From positions 853,368,001 through 853,432,000 of the forward strand of contig NW_027362763.1 of NCBI RefSeq assembly GCF_046119375.1: DNA of 64,000 nt, given 5' to 3'. Below the pieces are notes generated by a model. That model was not told the origin of the DNA and searched no databases. It worked only from the letters and a program-made list of their open reading frames with translations. The DNA is from Phyllobates terribilis (lineage: Eukaryota). Positions 24,891-37,209 of this stretch are shown one piece after another (the first letter of the stretch is position 1; every line of letters starts with the position of its first letter). The position numbers were made by a program, and so were the translations under genes.

Positions 24891-26794
24891 TGTTACGCTC
24901 GCGCCCCGACTGACTGGCATGAGCGTGATTTGTGATCCCACTGGACCATGAACCGAGGAGTGCCTGGAGGGGCATAACTAAGTATCAACCCGGTCTGACC
25001 AAGGTCGCATGGCGGCTCAGTCGACTCTGTGAACCAGGGAGGAACCGAGCAGAGGGACCAGGTGCTACTCCAGGTCAGACCCCTGTCACAGCTGTTGACC
25101 CACACCGGGGAATGCAGGAACAGGCAGGTTAGTCTGGCATATTGACAGGTGGGTACTGGCAGGCACGGCTGGTATTCAGACAGGTGGATATTGACAGGCA
25201 CAGCTGGTATGGCATGCAGACAGGTGGGCACAGGCAGGCACGACTGTCATGCAGACAGGCAGGTACTGGCAGGTAGGAACTTAGGCAGGAGAGGGACCAG
25301 TACAGACTGGGATACAGGAACGGAGCCGCAGGTGCGGTAGACAAGCAGAGCGGAGCAAAACCCGAAGGTGCAGTAGACAAGCACAGCAAAGCAAAACCCG
25401 CAAGTGCGGTAGACAAGCGGAGCAGAGCAAAACCCGCAAGTGCGGTAGACAAGCGGAGCAGAGCAAAACCCACAGGTGCGGTGAACAAGCAGAGCAGAGC
25501 AAAGCCGCAGGTGCGGTAAACAAGCAGAGCAAAGCAAAACCCGCCGATGCGGTGAACAAGCAGAGCAGAGCAAAACCGCAGGTGCGGTAAACAAGCAGAG
25601 GAGAGCACAACCCGCAGATGCGGTGAACAAGCAGAGCAGAGCAAAACATGCAGATGCGGTGAACAAGCAGAGCAGAGCAAAACCGCAGATGCGGTGAACA
25701 AGCAAAGCAGAGCAAAATCCGCAGATGCGGTGAACAAGCAGAGCCGAGCAAAACCGCAGGTGCGGTGAACAAGCAGAGCAAAGCAAAACCCGCAGATGTG
25801 GTGAACAAGCAGAGAAGAGCAAAACAGCTGGTGCGGTGAGCAAGCAGAGCAAAGCAAAACCCACAGATGCGGTGACCAAGCAGAGCAGAGCAAAACCGCT
25901 GGTGCGGTAAACAAGCAGAGCAAAACCCGCAGATGCGGTGAACAATCAGAGCAGAGCAAAACCGCAGATGCGGTGAACAAGCAAAGCAGAGCAAAACCGC
26001 AGATGCGGTGAACAAGCAAAGCAGAGCAAAACCCGCAGATGCAGTGAACAAGCAGAGCACAGCCGAAGGCGCAGGCAGACAGGACAGGGCTCTGTTCACA
26101 TGGAACAGACTGGAAAATACAGGAAGATAGTTAGAACACAGGAGGTAGATACGGAGTCAGGGAAACGGGACAAGCAGAACCAGATACACGCAAGGTACTT
26201 ACAATGAAGTAGCGAGTGGACACAAAACTCACAAACAGAAATACAGAGACAACGAGTTGGAGTTAGGTGCAGGTTCAGACACTGCAGGAAGAGGGAAGGT
26301 TCGGACACAGAGAAAAACAGGTAACGGGCTAGGACACTGTTCAGACAGGAACTGAACCAAGAGCAAGATACAGGAACGAGCCTGGGAACTCAGCCCCCAG
26401 GGTGGCAGAAACAGACTAGAAGTCACAGATACAGGCAACAGGCCTGGGTATACAGCCCCCAGGGTGGCAGAACAGACAAGATACAGGACAGGACCTGGCA
26501 ACTCAGTTGCACAGAACACACTGAATGAAAGTGTTCCTTAGGCACCTCCTACTGGGTGGAGGGGGTTTAAGTATTCAGTGACTCACAGCAATAGGCTGGG
26601 GACGCATTAGGACTGTGCACCCTGTAGCTTTAAGAATCAAGAAGTAACAGCGCCGCCGCCCTAAGCCAGCAGACAAGAGACATACAAACAGCAGGTACTG
26701 GAGCAAAGTGTGCAGCCTGGCCTGATAGGTAAGATTGCAGTCTTGCATGGTGGGAGGTGGTAAGCCATGCAAGCACGCCGCCAGGGATGTTACA
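24891..26794 (-). mobile_element. 1.9-kb solo-LTR-like element with internal minisatellite
   Basis: TGTTAC...GTTACA termini; 5-bp TSD ACATG (24886-24890, 26795-26799); TATA-like tacttaaa on the - strand near 26570. Confidence 0.82.
25330..26070. repeat. ~30-bp minisatellite (gcagatgcggtgaacaagcagagcagagcaaaacc)n
   Basis: Tandem units; source of the Leu/Cys-rich spurious ORFs. Confidence 0.92.
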
Positions 26795-27159
26795 ACATGT
26801 AGCCATCTATACACAGCAGGAGGCCGCGCGGTGCCATCTATATACAGCAGGAGGCCGCACGTAGCCATCTATATACAGCGGGAGGCCGCACGGTGCCATC
26901 TATACACAGCGGGAGGCCGCACGTAGCCATCTATACACAGCAGGAGGCCACACGTAGCCATCTATACACAGCAGGAGGCCGCACGTAGCCATCTATACAC
27001 AGCAGGAGGCCACACGGCGCCATCTATACACAGCGGGAGACCACACGGTGCCCCCCCTGAGACAGCAGGAGGCCGCACGCAGTCACGCACACACAAACAT
27101 ATACATACACGCATAAACACATTTGAAACACAAAAATACATATAAACAGACATCACACA

Positions 27160-27245
27160 ATGATATCTGCCTGCACACACACACACTCTCACACACACAC
27201 TCTCACACACACACACACTCTCACACACACTCTCACACACACTCA
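27160..27245. repeat. (CA)n/(CT)n microsatellite
   Basis: Direct reading. Confidence 0.9.
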
Positions 27246-28590
27246 CCATCCCCCGGCTCCAGTCCTCCTACTCCTCTCCGGTGCAGCAGTGCAGGCCGGG
27301 CGCGCATTGTGTGACGTCACAGCTAGGAGACACGGCCGCGCACAGGGCCGTGTCTCCTAGCTGTGACGCGGCTGGGCCAGCACACAGGGAAGTTAACAGG
27401 TGCAGTGCTGGCTCGGCCGAAGAAGAAGTAGCGGCCGTGCGCCGCTGCTGGGGGAGCGGTCCGGGGTCCCCCCCGCCACTGTCTGCCAGTATGTGCCGCA
27501 GCGCCGCACATATAATGACGGCAATCTGGCCATAGACACCCCGGAGCCCCAGGCCCCCTGGAGGCCCGGGACCCCGGGCGGTAGCCCAGATTGCCGGCTA
27601 TGCTTTGTTGTTCCCATTATTAGCAAGTGGGTCTCCTATACTGTTATTGCGTATCCAGTGACTGCAAGGGCTGTCAAAAATTTGGACGCAACCCAATACC
27701 CCTTTGAAGAGACATAGAGGAGGGTCACAGTAAAAAAATGTTCCCATTATAAAGGAGCGGGTCTCCTATAGTGGTAATGCCCATGCTGTGACTGCAAGGT
27801 CTGCCAAAATTTGGGAAAAACCCCACTAAGAATTTAAAGACACATAGAGCTGGGCCACAGTAACAAGATACGATATGTTCCCATTAGAAAGGAGAGGGTC
27901 TGCTATACAGTTATAGGGTATGCAGTGAGTCCAACAGCTGACCAATTTTAGGAAAAACACCACTAAGAATTTAAAGACACATAGAGCAGGGCCACAGTAA
28001 CAAGTACGACATGTTCCCATTAGAAAGGAGAGGGTCTGCTATACAGTTATAGGGTATGCAGTGAGTCCAACGGCTGACCAATTTTAGGAAAAACTCCACT
28101 AAGAATTTAAAGACACACAGAGCAGGGCCACAGTAATGACAAATTCCCATTAGAAAGGAGAGAGTCTCCCATAGTGTTGACCTATGGAGTGAATGCAAGG
28201 GCTGCCAAAAATTTGGAGGCACTTAAATGCCCCTTGGAAGAGACGTGGAGGAGGGCCTCATAAAAAAATGTTCCCTTTAGAAAGGAGCGGGCCTCCTATA
28301 CTTGTAATGCCCATGCACTAAGTGTATGGGCTGACAAACATTTACCCCTAGGAGGTATACATGAACATACTGCATAAAAATTTTTTTTTTCGGGCATCAT
28401 AAACACCCTTTAAAAAAATTATGTGGGTGTTGCATCACCGACCACGGTCACCCTGGTGATATGGTGGTGGAGGATGAGGAGAAGGAGGAGGACAAGAGCA
28501 AATAGACAAAATCAGGAAGCGTATATCCATGTGTAGGTGTGAAAAGGTGCATGGGAATACACCTCCCAAGAAAATACACTGGATTTGAGT

Positions 28591-31500
28591 TTATGTTACG
28601 CTGCTATCATTCGGTGGTGTTGAGAAGTCTGGCCCAATCCAGCCCTTGTTAATTTTTATAAGAGTCAGCCTGTCAGCATTTTCAGTTGACAGGCGGATGC
28701 GCTAATCAGTTATAATTCCACCAGCGGCACTAAAAACCTGCTCTGATAAAACGCTGGCGGCAGGGCAGGCCAGGACCTCCAAAGCATAGAGAGCCAGTTC
28801 ATTCCACGTATCCAGCTTGGATACCCAATAATTATAAGGCACAGAGGAATCACGGTGGACGTTGATACGGTCGGCAAGGTACTCCCTCAGCATCTTCCCA
28901 AACTTTGCACTCCTTGTGAGAGTACCCCGCACCTCAGGGCCTGTGCGATGGGAGGGTCTGAGAAAACTCTCCCAGAACTTTGACAGTGTTCCCCTGCCTC
29001 TGCTGGATTGAAGTTGTGTCTCTTTCGCCTGTACTCCTTGGTTGTCCAACGAAGTGTGCCCTCTGCCGTCAGCGTTTTCAGATGGGAATTTTTTTAATAG
29101 TTCCGCAACAAGGGCCTTCTGGTACTGCCCCATTTTTGTACACCTGTCCGCCTCAGGAATAAGAGATATAAAGTTCTAAGGGTCTAGAAGTGTCACCAAC
29201 CAGTAATGACTGTCACCCAAAAGTTTGAGAACGCGAGGGTCATGGGACAGGCAGCGTAACATAAACTCAGCCATGCGTGCCAGACTACTAACAGGCAAGA
29301 CTTCCGTGTCCCCACCAAGAGGATGACTGACCATGCTCTCCTCCTCCTCTCTGTCCTCTCTGTCCTCTGGCCATCCACGCTGAACAGACGGTATGACAGC
29401 TGTGCAGGTAGTACCGTCTATAGTGCATGAAACTAGCTTCTGTCCTTCCTCCTCCTCTTCCTCATTGTCACCCAATCCACGTTGGGATGAGATGAGGCTT
29501 GGCTGTGTGTAATCGCCCTGTATGGTTCCTTGCTCCATCTCATCGTGTTCCGCCTGCAATGCATCCTCTTTGATTGTGAGCAGAGAGCATTTCAGAAGAC
29601 AGAGAAGCGGGATGGTGACGCTAATCATGGCATCATCGCCGCTCACCATCTTGGTGAAGTCCTCAAAGTTTTGGAGGATGGTACATATGTCTGATATCCA
29701 TGTCCACTCCTGAGGTCTTATGTGTGGAGTCTGAACTGAATACCGACGGCCTTTTTGATGCTGGTACTCAACAACTGCCCTCTTCTGCTCACAAATCCTT
29801 CCCAACATCTGTGGTGTAGAGTTCCAATGCGTGGGGACATCACACACCAGTCTGTGAGCCGAAAGCTGCAAACGCTGCTGAAACACTGCAAGGGCGGCAG
29901 AAGCTGTAGCTGACTTTCTAAAATGGGCACACTGGCGGCGTACTTTAACAAGCAGATCCGGCAGCTCTGGGTAGGATTTGAGAAACTGCTGAACCACGAT
30001 GTTAAGCACATGGGCCAGGCATGGTACGTGTGTGAGCTCGCCTCGCCTCAGAGCCGCCACCAGGTTCCGACCATTGTCACACACGATCATGCCTAGCTGT
30101 AGGTTCAGCGCTGTGAGCCACAGATCTGCCTGCTCTTTCAGAGCTGTCCACAACTCTTCAGCATTGTGTGGTTTTTCACCTAAACAAATTAGCTTCAGCA
30201 CAGCCTGTTGCCGCTTAGCCGAGGCAGTGCTGCAGTGCTTCCAGCTTGTGACTGATGGGGTCATGTCGGAGATGGAGGCTGAAGAGGAGGAGGAGGCTGA
30301 GGAGGATGAGGTGCAGGAGCTGTAGAACGTGGGGGCAACCCTGATTGACCTAGGGCCCGCATTCCTTGGCGTCGGGAGGACGTGTTCCGTTCCAAGGTCC
30401 AACTGGGTCCCGGCTTCCACTAAGTTAACCCAGTGTGCCGTCAGTGAGATGTACCGTCCCTGCCCACAAGCACTTGTCCACGTGTCCGTGGTTAGGTGGA
30501 CTTTACCGGTAACTGCGTTGTTGAGAGCACGGCTAATGTTTTGGGACACCTGCTTGTGTAATGCAGGGACCGCACACCAGGAGAAATAGTGGCGGCTGGG
30601 GACCGAGTACCGAGGGAGGGCCGCCACCATCAGGTTGCGGAATGCTTCTGTCTCCACGAGCCTAAAAGGCAACATTTCGAGCGCAAGCAGTCGTGAAATG
30701 TGAGAATTTAGTAGTGTGGCCTGTGGGGCGTTGGCTGCATATTTGCGCTTGCGTTCCAAGGACTGGGGTATGGACAACTGAACGCTGCGCTGGGAGAAGG
30801 ACATGGATGTTCTTCCTGATGCTGCTACTTGAGAGTGTGCAATGACAGGTGCAGGGCAGGAGGCGTCTTCGCATGCACCATGGACAGGGGATTGGCTTGC
30901 ATGCACAACAGCGGAAGAAGCAATGGTGCCACCCGCAGACACTGTTCCTGGACCCTGGGGTTCGGCCCACAAAGTCGGGTGCTTTGCTGCCACGTGTCTG
31001 ATCATGCTGGTGGTGGTCAGGCTGGTCGTTTTGCCACCCCTGCTGATTCTGGCCTGGCAGGTGGTGCAAATGGCCTTTTTGGGGTTATCGGCAGAGTCTT
31101 TAACAGACAACCAGACTCGGGAAGACCTAACAGTTGTACTGGCAACTTCCTTCGTGTTGGTGTTACAGGGAACAGTTGCCTGCCTTCTGTCTGCGGCCAC
31201 CACACTGCTTCTTCCTGCCTGTTGGGGTGCTCTGCCTCCCTCCCCCTGTGTGCTGCTCTGCATGTCCTCCTGCCAGGTTGGGTCAGTTGCTATATCATCC
31301 ACCACCTCTTCTTCCGCTTCCGCACCCTGGTCCTCCTCCTGACTTTCTGGCAATTGTGTCTCATCATCATCCACCTCTTGTGACACTTTCCCACCATCGC
31401 CTTCGTGTGACCGTGGCTGCTCAAATATTTGGGGATCGCTACACGCGATCTCCTCTTGCCCCGCTTCAAGTGGACCGGGCGAGAGGCCCGAATCTATAAA

Positions 31501-31893
31501 TGGAAAAGTGAACAGCTCTTCAGAGGGTCCACGTGTGAGATCAGTTGTCTCTGGGTACTCAGCATGGTGGGAGGAAGGAGGATCAGGGTGAGGAATATGC
31601 GGTCCTGACTCACGACTACTGAGCCTTGACCGTGTGGAAGACAGGGTGGTGGTGGTGTTGGCTAAGTGACTGGAAGCATTATCCGCTATCCAACCAACAA
31701 CCTTTTGACACTGCTCTGGGTTCAATAGTGGTGTGCTGCAGTCCCCTAGAAATTGGGACAGGAAGGTCAGACGAGAAGATGTGGGTGTTTGTTGTGTCAC
31801 AATTTCGGCTTGCCCACGACCTTGTCCTCGGCCTCTGCATGCACCATTACCATCACGTCCAGTTCCCCGTCCCTTGCCACGTGCCTTGCCCAT
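28591..31893 (-). pseudogene. hAT transposase with BED zinc finger; about 1100 codons with two in-frame TAG stops
   Basis: BED finger (W..CTTC..HVAAKH), DTWTS, CLAH, DVPTHWNST, SVLSEQVFS and C-terminal dimerisation motif. ORFs 29176-32046 and 28702-29133 plus 28591-28701 share one frame; stops at 29176-29178 and 28702-28704. Confidence 0.92.
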
Positions 31894-31948
31894 TTTAAAT
31901 GGAGTATCTTCCACGCTCACTACAAATGACTGAGTTTGGAGCGAACTT

Positions 31949-32290
31949 ATATGTGATCCGTGTGATAGAGAAAACAGAGTTTTAAATACCTGGCCTGTAG
32001 GTAAGTAGTTTGAACAGCAAACTGCACTGAATTGCTTCAATGACACACTAAAGGAAATTTTTAATGGAGGCCAGAAATGGCAGTATTTTCTGACAACGTA
32101 TATGTGATCCGTTTGACGGAGAAAGCAGAGTTTTAAGTACCTGGCCTGTAGGTAAGTAGTTTGAACAGCAAACTGCGGTGAATTGCTTCAATTACACACT
32201 AAAGGAAATTTTTAATGGAGGCCAGAAATGGCAGTATTTTCTGACAACATATATGTGATCCGTTTGACGGAGAAAACACAGTTTTAAATA
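31949..32290. repeat. ~150-bp tandem repeat upstream of the hAT transposase ORF
   Basis: tatatgtgatccg recurs at about 31949, 32099 and 32250 with near-identical units between. Confidence 0.85.
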
Positions 32291-34429
32291 GCTGGATTTC
32301 TAGCGCTCTAATATGGAAAGGACCTGGCTGCATTCTGCAGTGCCAACAAGCAAATGGCACAGAAAAACGGTGTTCTCTGGATTGCTTTTTAAGCAAATAA
32401 TGAGGATTAAGAACCAAAGAAAAGTATTCCTGGCCCCTGAGACCTGGGCCTTTGTATAGAAATATCTAACAGCAGCAGAAGGCAGAACTGGAATGGAGCC
32501 TCTTGTGCTATATGCACTGCAGTCTGCTATATACAGTGCCTGCCTATACACCCTGCCTGCCTGATATCTCTGCAGACGGATTAGTTCTCAGAAGGACTGT
32601 TTGTTAAGATGGATATGTGTAATGTACGGTTTTTCTCCCTACACTACCTAATACACGATCAAATCTCTCACTGACACAGCAGCAGCTCTCCTTACACTGT
32701 CTGATCCAGAGTGACCGTGACGAGCATGGCGGCGCCAGGTCTGATATAGACCTGATGACGCTGTGCGGCCAGCCAATCACTGTAATACCACAACCAACAT
32801 GGTTACGGCATTACAGTGCATGGCAGGCAATCCCTGCATGTTCATTGGCTCTCTAAAGAGCGCCAAACATGCAGGGAGGGGACCCGAATTCCCGCCCGAG
32901 CAACCCGGAAATACTCGGCGAGCGCCGAGCATCTCGAGCAGTGAGATGCTCGGGCAAGCACCGAGCAGTAACGAGCATGCTCGCTCATCACTAATTACCA
33001 TCCTTTATGGTAGCACTCCAAAATGACGATGTATTTATTCCCAGTGCAATATGGTTTACTGCCATTACAAATAGTCTATGTTTAGTTTTTACCAGGAACC
33101 TATGATGTCTCTACACCCTCAGATGTACATATTTTGTTAAATGTATATTTACTCTGTCACAAAACATTACTTTTTCTTTAATTGTAATCTTTTTAATAAA
33201 TGTCTGTCTATTCATTCTGCCACATAGTGTATTGGAAACCGGGGAAAAAAATTCCAAGTGTGGTGAAATTGCAAGAAAAGTGCAATTCCACAATGTCTTT
33301 TATTTTTTTTATTTACTATGTTCAATATATAATAAAACTGACCTGCCATTATGATTCCCCAGGTCAGTACAAGTAAACAGATATTAAACATATATAGTTG
33401 TTTTTTTTTTATTTAAGTGGTGAAAAAAAATCAAAAATTTGTCAAAACAAAAATTGTAGCTTTCGTCTCCATTTTCCGAGACCTGTAGCATTTTCATTTT
33501 TCAGAATCTGGAAATGTGTGATGACTTATTTTTTGTAGCTTGAGCTGATGTTTTTATTGATACCATTTTGAGGTAGATACAATGTTTTGATCGCCTCTTA
33601 TTGCATTTCATTGCAAGGTTGCGGCGACTAAAAAAATTTAATTCTGGTGTTTTCATTATTTTATCGTTACGCCGTTTACCGATCAGATTAATTTACTTTA
33701 TATTTTGAGAGATCGGACATTTCTGTTCTCAAATGTGGTGTCAGATTCCCTTTAACACCTGTGTGTAGTCTTGTATGACATGGAGGGGATATAACTTTTC
33801 AGATCAGATCACCAAAATACTCACAGTCCAAACACCCAAAGGAAGAACAGACACATCACCTGATAAAAGAATATGGACACCACCATTAATTAGTGAGTTC
33901 TACCATACAACACACACACACTGAATTGGGGGTGAACTGTGCCAATGAAGGTACATCCCATATACCTGCTGAGACGACTAGACGTGAGCTATTGTAATCA
34001 ATACTGGGCTTTTTGTTTACAAATAATAACATGTCTCAGTAACAAGTTTGTTTCTTCTGATGGAAGGAGACCTCTTACGCTGCTCTCTCTGGGCTTCAGC
34101 TTTCGCACTGTGCAATCTGATCTCTCTGGCTGATGAGTTGGGAGGCATTTACACTACGCTTCCAGTGTTCTAGTTATTTCCTATCCAGGCCATTAGGAGA
34201 TGTCTGCTGTGTAACGCAGCTGATACCCCCATTGATGGTAAGGCCAGAACATCTCTGCATAACTACACTGTATCTATACAAGCTCACAGGAGTAAGACAC
34301 AACATACTGTTACAGATAAGAGCCTAAAGGGCTAGGTAAATGGTGAATAATGTGAAACAATGTAACCCTACATCAGTATTTATAGTCAGTCATAGCAGGT
34401 AATATTTTGTCATATGTCATTTCTTTTAG

Positions 34430-34588
34430 GGCGAGGCAGAGTTCGCTCGGATCATGGTTCTGGTTGATCCCAATAGTTCGGGAACTGTATCTTTTCAGTC
34501 ATTTATTGACTTTATGACAAGAGAGACGGCTGAAACTGATTCAGCAGAACAGGTTGTCGCTGCTTTCAGAATCCTGGCTACTGATAAG
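34430..34588 (+). CDS. ACTN2: ACTN2 exon 20 equivalent ([15 protein letters not shown]...FRILATDK)
   Basis: ttcttttag acceptor, aag|gttggt donor, 159 nt. Confidence 0.95.
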
Positions 34589-35104
34589 GTTGGTAAAATG
34601 TTTTTATTTTTTTGACTAATTAAGGCAACAGATACGCTGCGACACAGATTGCATGGCCAAAGATCACTCTGTACCACTGCTACATTGTAGCGTAATGCAT
34701 GTGAATTTGATCACATTGCAACCGAAAGATACTGCGATTGTGACAAGCAAGTCACAGATAATGTAACTGCATCGGACTTTTTGCAGGTTGTTTATCACAG
34801 TATCCTGCGGTTCACAAGGGACTTTATTCACCTGCACTATGGTGCGGTCTAGCACGGCCACAGGGCGATCGTTGGTGGTGTAACCTGTGTAACAGATTGT
34901 TTGGACACAAGGCTGCTTTTAAGGGTATGCCAACTGCATCCGCCACCCACCACCCATACTGGAGAGGGAGCCACAAGGGATCGAACACCTGAGACTTGTG
35001 ACCACCACAGGTTATAAAGTAGCACTCTAGGGCTCTAGGGATTTTTTTTTTATTTAACTCTACCTCTTTAGCCATAGTTATTATGTGTACAGCGCATGGA
35101 TTAA

Positions 35105-35493
35105 AGGGAATCTGTCACCAAGTTTTTGCTACCCCATATAAGAGCAGCATGATGTAGGGACAGTGACTCTGATTCCAGATACAGTTTTGATAAAATCACT
35201 GTTTTATCTGCTGCAATACTCTACCTGCTGATAAAGCGCAATCAGCATTGACTTACAGCTTTATGTGTACACTGTGCATCGGCAGATAGCTGAAAATCAG
35301 TGGTGAGGTTGGGGAGGACTACCTGGTAGCAGGATTACGAGAGCTCTAGTGATAATCTCCTGCTGATAAAACAATGATTTTATCAAAACTACAGCAAGCA
35401 GCCCAATAAGCGACACATCACTGGAATCAGGGTCTCTGTCCCTACATTATGCTGCTCTCAGACTAGGGGGAAAAACATGGTGGCAGATTCCCT
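35105..35493. mobile_element. T2/Kolobok-type MITE
   Basis: TTAA|agggaatctgtcacc ... ggcagattccct|TTAA. Confidence 0.8.
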
Positions 35494-36034
35494 TTAAAAC
35501 ACCTACTGAACGTTGCTTCAGTACAAGTCTTCAGTTCTGATTAGCGTGTTCTGCGTGGACCTGTAGTCACTTTCTCAATGTGAGAGCCTTGTTCTGAGAC
35601 ACTTTGAATTGAGAAAGCGACTTTCGGTGCACACAGAGGATGCAATGTGAGGCAGCTATTCAGAACTGTGGTCACAAAGTACAGGAGTCAATCAGAACGG
35701 TGCTGGGGACAGAAGAAGACAGCGAGCGGTAAGTATTATAGGTCATGCACTATGTACATAACTGTGGCTAATGGGGCACATAACAACAAAAAATTGCTGG
35801 GGTGCTACTTTGATATAAATGATATAATAACATTTAGGCATTGTATAGTAGTATTATTGTATATACAGAGCGCTTATGGCAGCAGTATTTGAACACTGTA
35901 TGGTGGTGTTATGTGACCCTGCAGAGTATATTATTTTTGCAGTGTATAGTGGTTGAAGCCATAAGTAGCTTTGTTATCCAGATAACTTTCTGGGAGCATT
36001 TTTTAGGCAATATCCTGTATGGCGCTTATAATTA

Positions 36035-37209
36035 CAGGTGCATCTCACAAAATTAGAATATCATCAAAAAGTTAATTTATTTCAGTTCTTCAATCCAACA
36101 AGTGAAACTCATATATTATATAGAGTCATTACAAACAGAGTGATCTATTTCAAGTGTTTATTTCTGTTAATGTTGATGATTATGGCTTACAGTCAATGAA
36201 AACACAAAAGTCACTATCTCAGTAAATTAAAATAATTAACAAAAAAACACCTGGAAAGGCTTCCTAAGACTTTAAAAAGGTCCTGTAGTCTGTTTCAGTA
36301 GGCTCCACAATCATGGGGATGACTGCTGACTTAACAGATGTCCAGAAGGCAGTCATTGACACACTCCACAAGGTCCCAGAGTTCCAATTTTCATTTGGAA
36401 ATCAAGGTCCCAGAGTCTGGAGGAAGAGTGGAGAGGCCACAATCCAAGCTGCTTGAGGTCTAGTGTGAAGTCTCCACAATCAGTGATGGTTTGGGGAGCC
36501 ATGTCATCTGCTGGTGTAGGTCCACTGTGTTTTATCAAGACCAATATCAGCGCAGCCGTCTACCAGGAAAATTTAGAGCACTTCATGCTTTCCTCTGCCG
36601 ACAAGCTTTTTGGAGATGGAGATTTCATTCTCCAGCAGGACTTGGCACCTGTCCACACTGCCAAAAGTACCAATACCTGGTTTACAAACAACAGTATCAC
36701 TGTGCTTGATTGGCTAGCAAACTCACCTGACCTTAACCCCATAGAGAATCTATAGGGTCTTGTCAAGAGGAAGATGAGAGACACCAGACCCAACAATGCA
36801 GATGAGCTGAAGGCTGCTATCAAAGCAACCTGGGCTTCCATAACACCTCAGCAGTGCCACAGGCTGATCGCCTCCATGCCACGCCACATTGATGCAGTAA
36901 TTGATGCAAAAGGAGCCCCGACCAAGTATTGAGTGCATTTACTGAACATACATTTCAGTAGACCAACATTTCGTATGTTAAAAACAGTTTTCAAGCTGTT
37001 GTTATAAAGTATTCTAATTTACTGAGATAATGACTTTTGTGTTTTCATTGACTGTAAGCCATAATCATCAACATTAACAGAAATAAACACTTGAAATAGA
37101 TCACTCTGTTTGTAATGACTCTATATAATATATGAGTTTCACTTGTTGGATTGAAGAACTCAAATAAATTAACTTTTTGATGATATTCTAATTTAGTGAC
37201 ATGCACCTG
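36035..37209 (+). mobile_element. internally deleted DD34E Tc1 element
   Basis: TA|caggtgca ... tgcacctg|TA; ~200-bp TIRs; N-terminal remnant ADLTDVQKAVIDTLHK joined to the catalytic part (QQDLAPVH..SPDLNPIE, 34-residue spacing), followed by a TAG where W is expected. Confidence 0.92.

Larger units (their letters stand above)
23990..27050. repeat. ~30-bp minisatellite (gtagccatctatacacagcgggaggccgcac)n, split by a solo LTR
   Basis: About 30 units at 23990-24885, resuming at 26800-27050. Confidence 0.92.
23135..27592. mobile_element. non-autonomous hAT-like insert, right end truncated
   Basis: Starts CAGGGGTGGATT, like the CAGGGGCGGAC end at 59631; interrupts a 137-bp unit; no right TIR found. 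Confidence 0.55.
19361..32993 (-). mobile_element. 13.6-kb composite hAT transposon in ACTN2 intron 19
   Basis: 16-bp TIR TAGTGATGAGCGAGCA at both ends; perfect 8-bp TSD ATTACCAT (19353-19360, 32994-33001); GCTCG/CGAGC-rich subtermini; hAT transposase inside. Confidence 0.93.

Noticed and set aside
25129-26099. Long Leu/Cys/Ala-rich ORFs (232-296 aa), and similar ORFs at 41105-41992, 59988-60875 and 60966-61534
   Set aside because: Open in several frames only because the minisatellite units lack stops; no domain content.
31894-32046. First 51 codons of the 956-aa ORF (TTG start)
   Set aside because: Runs into the 150-bp tandem repeat; the first ATG at 31893 (MGKARGKGRG) is the more plausible start.
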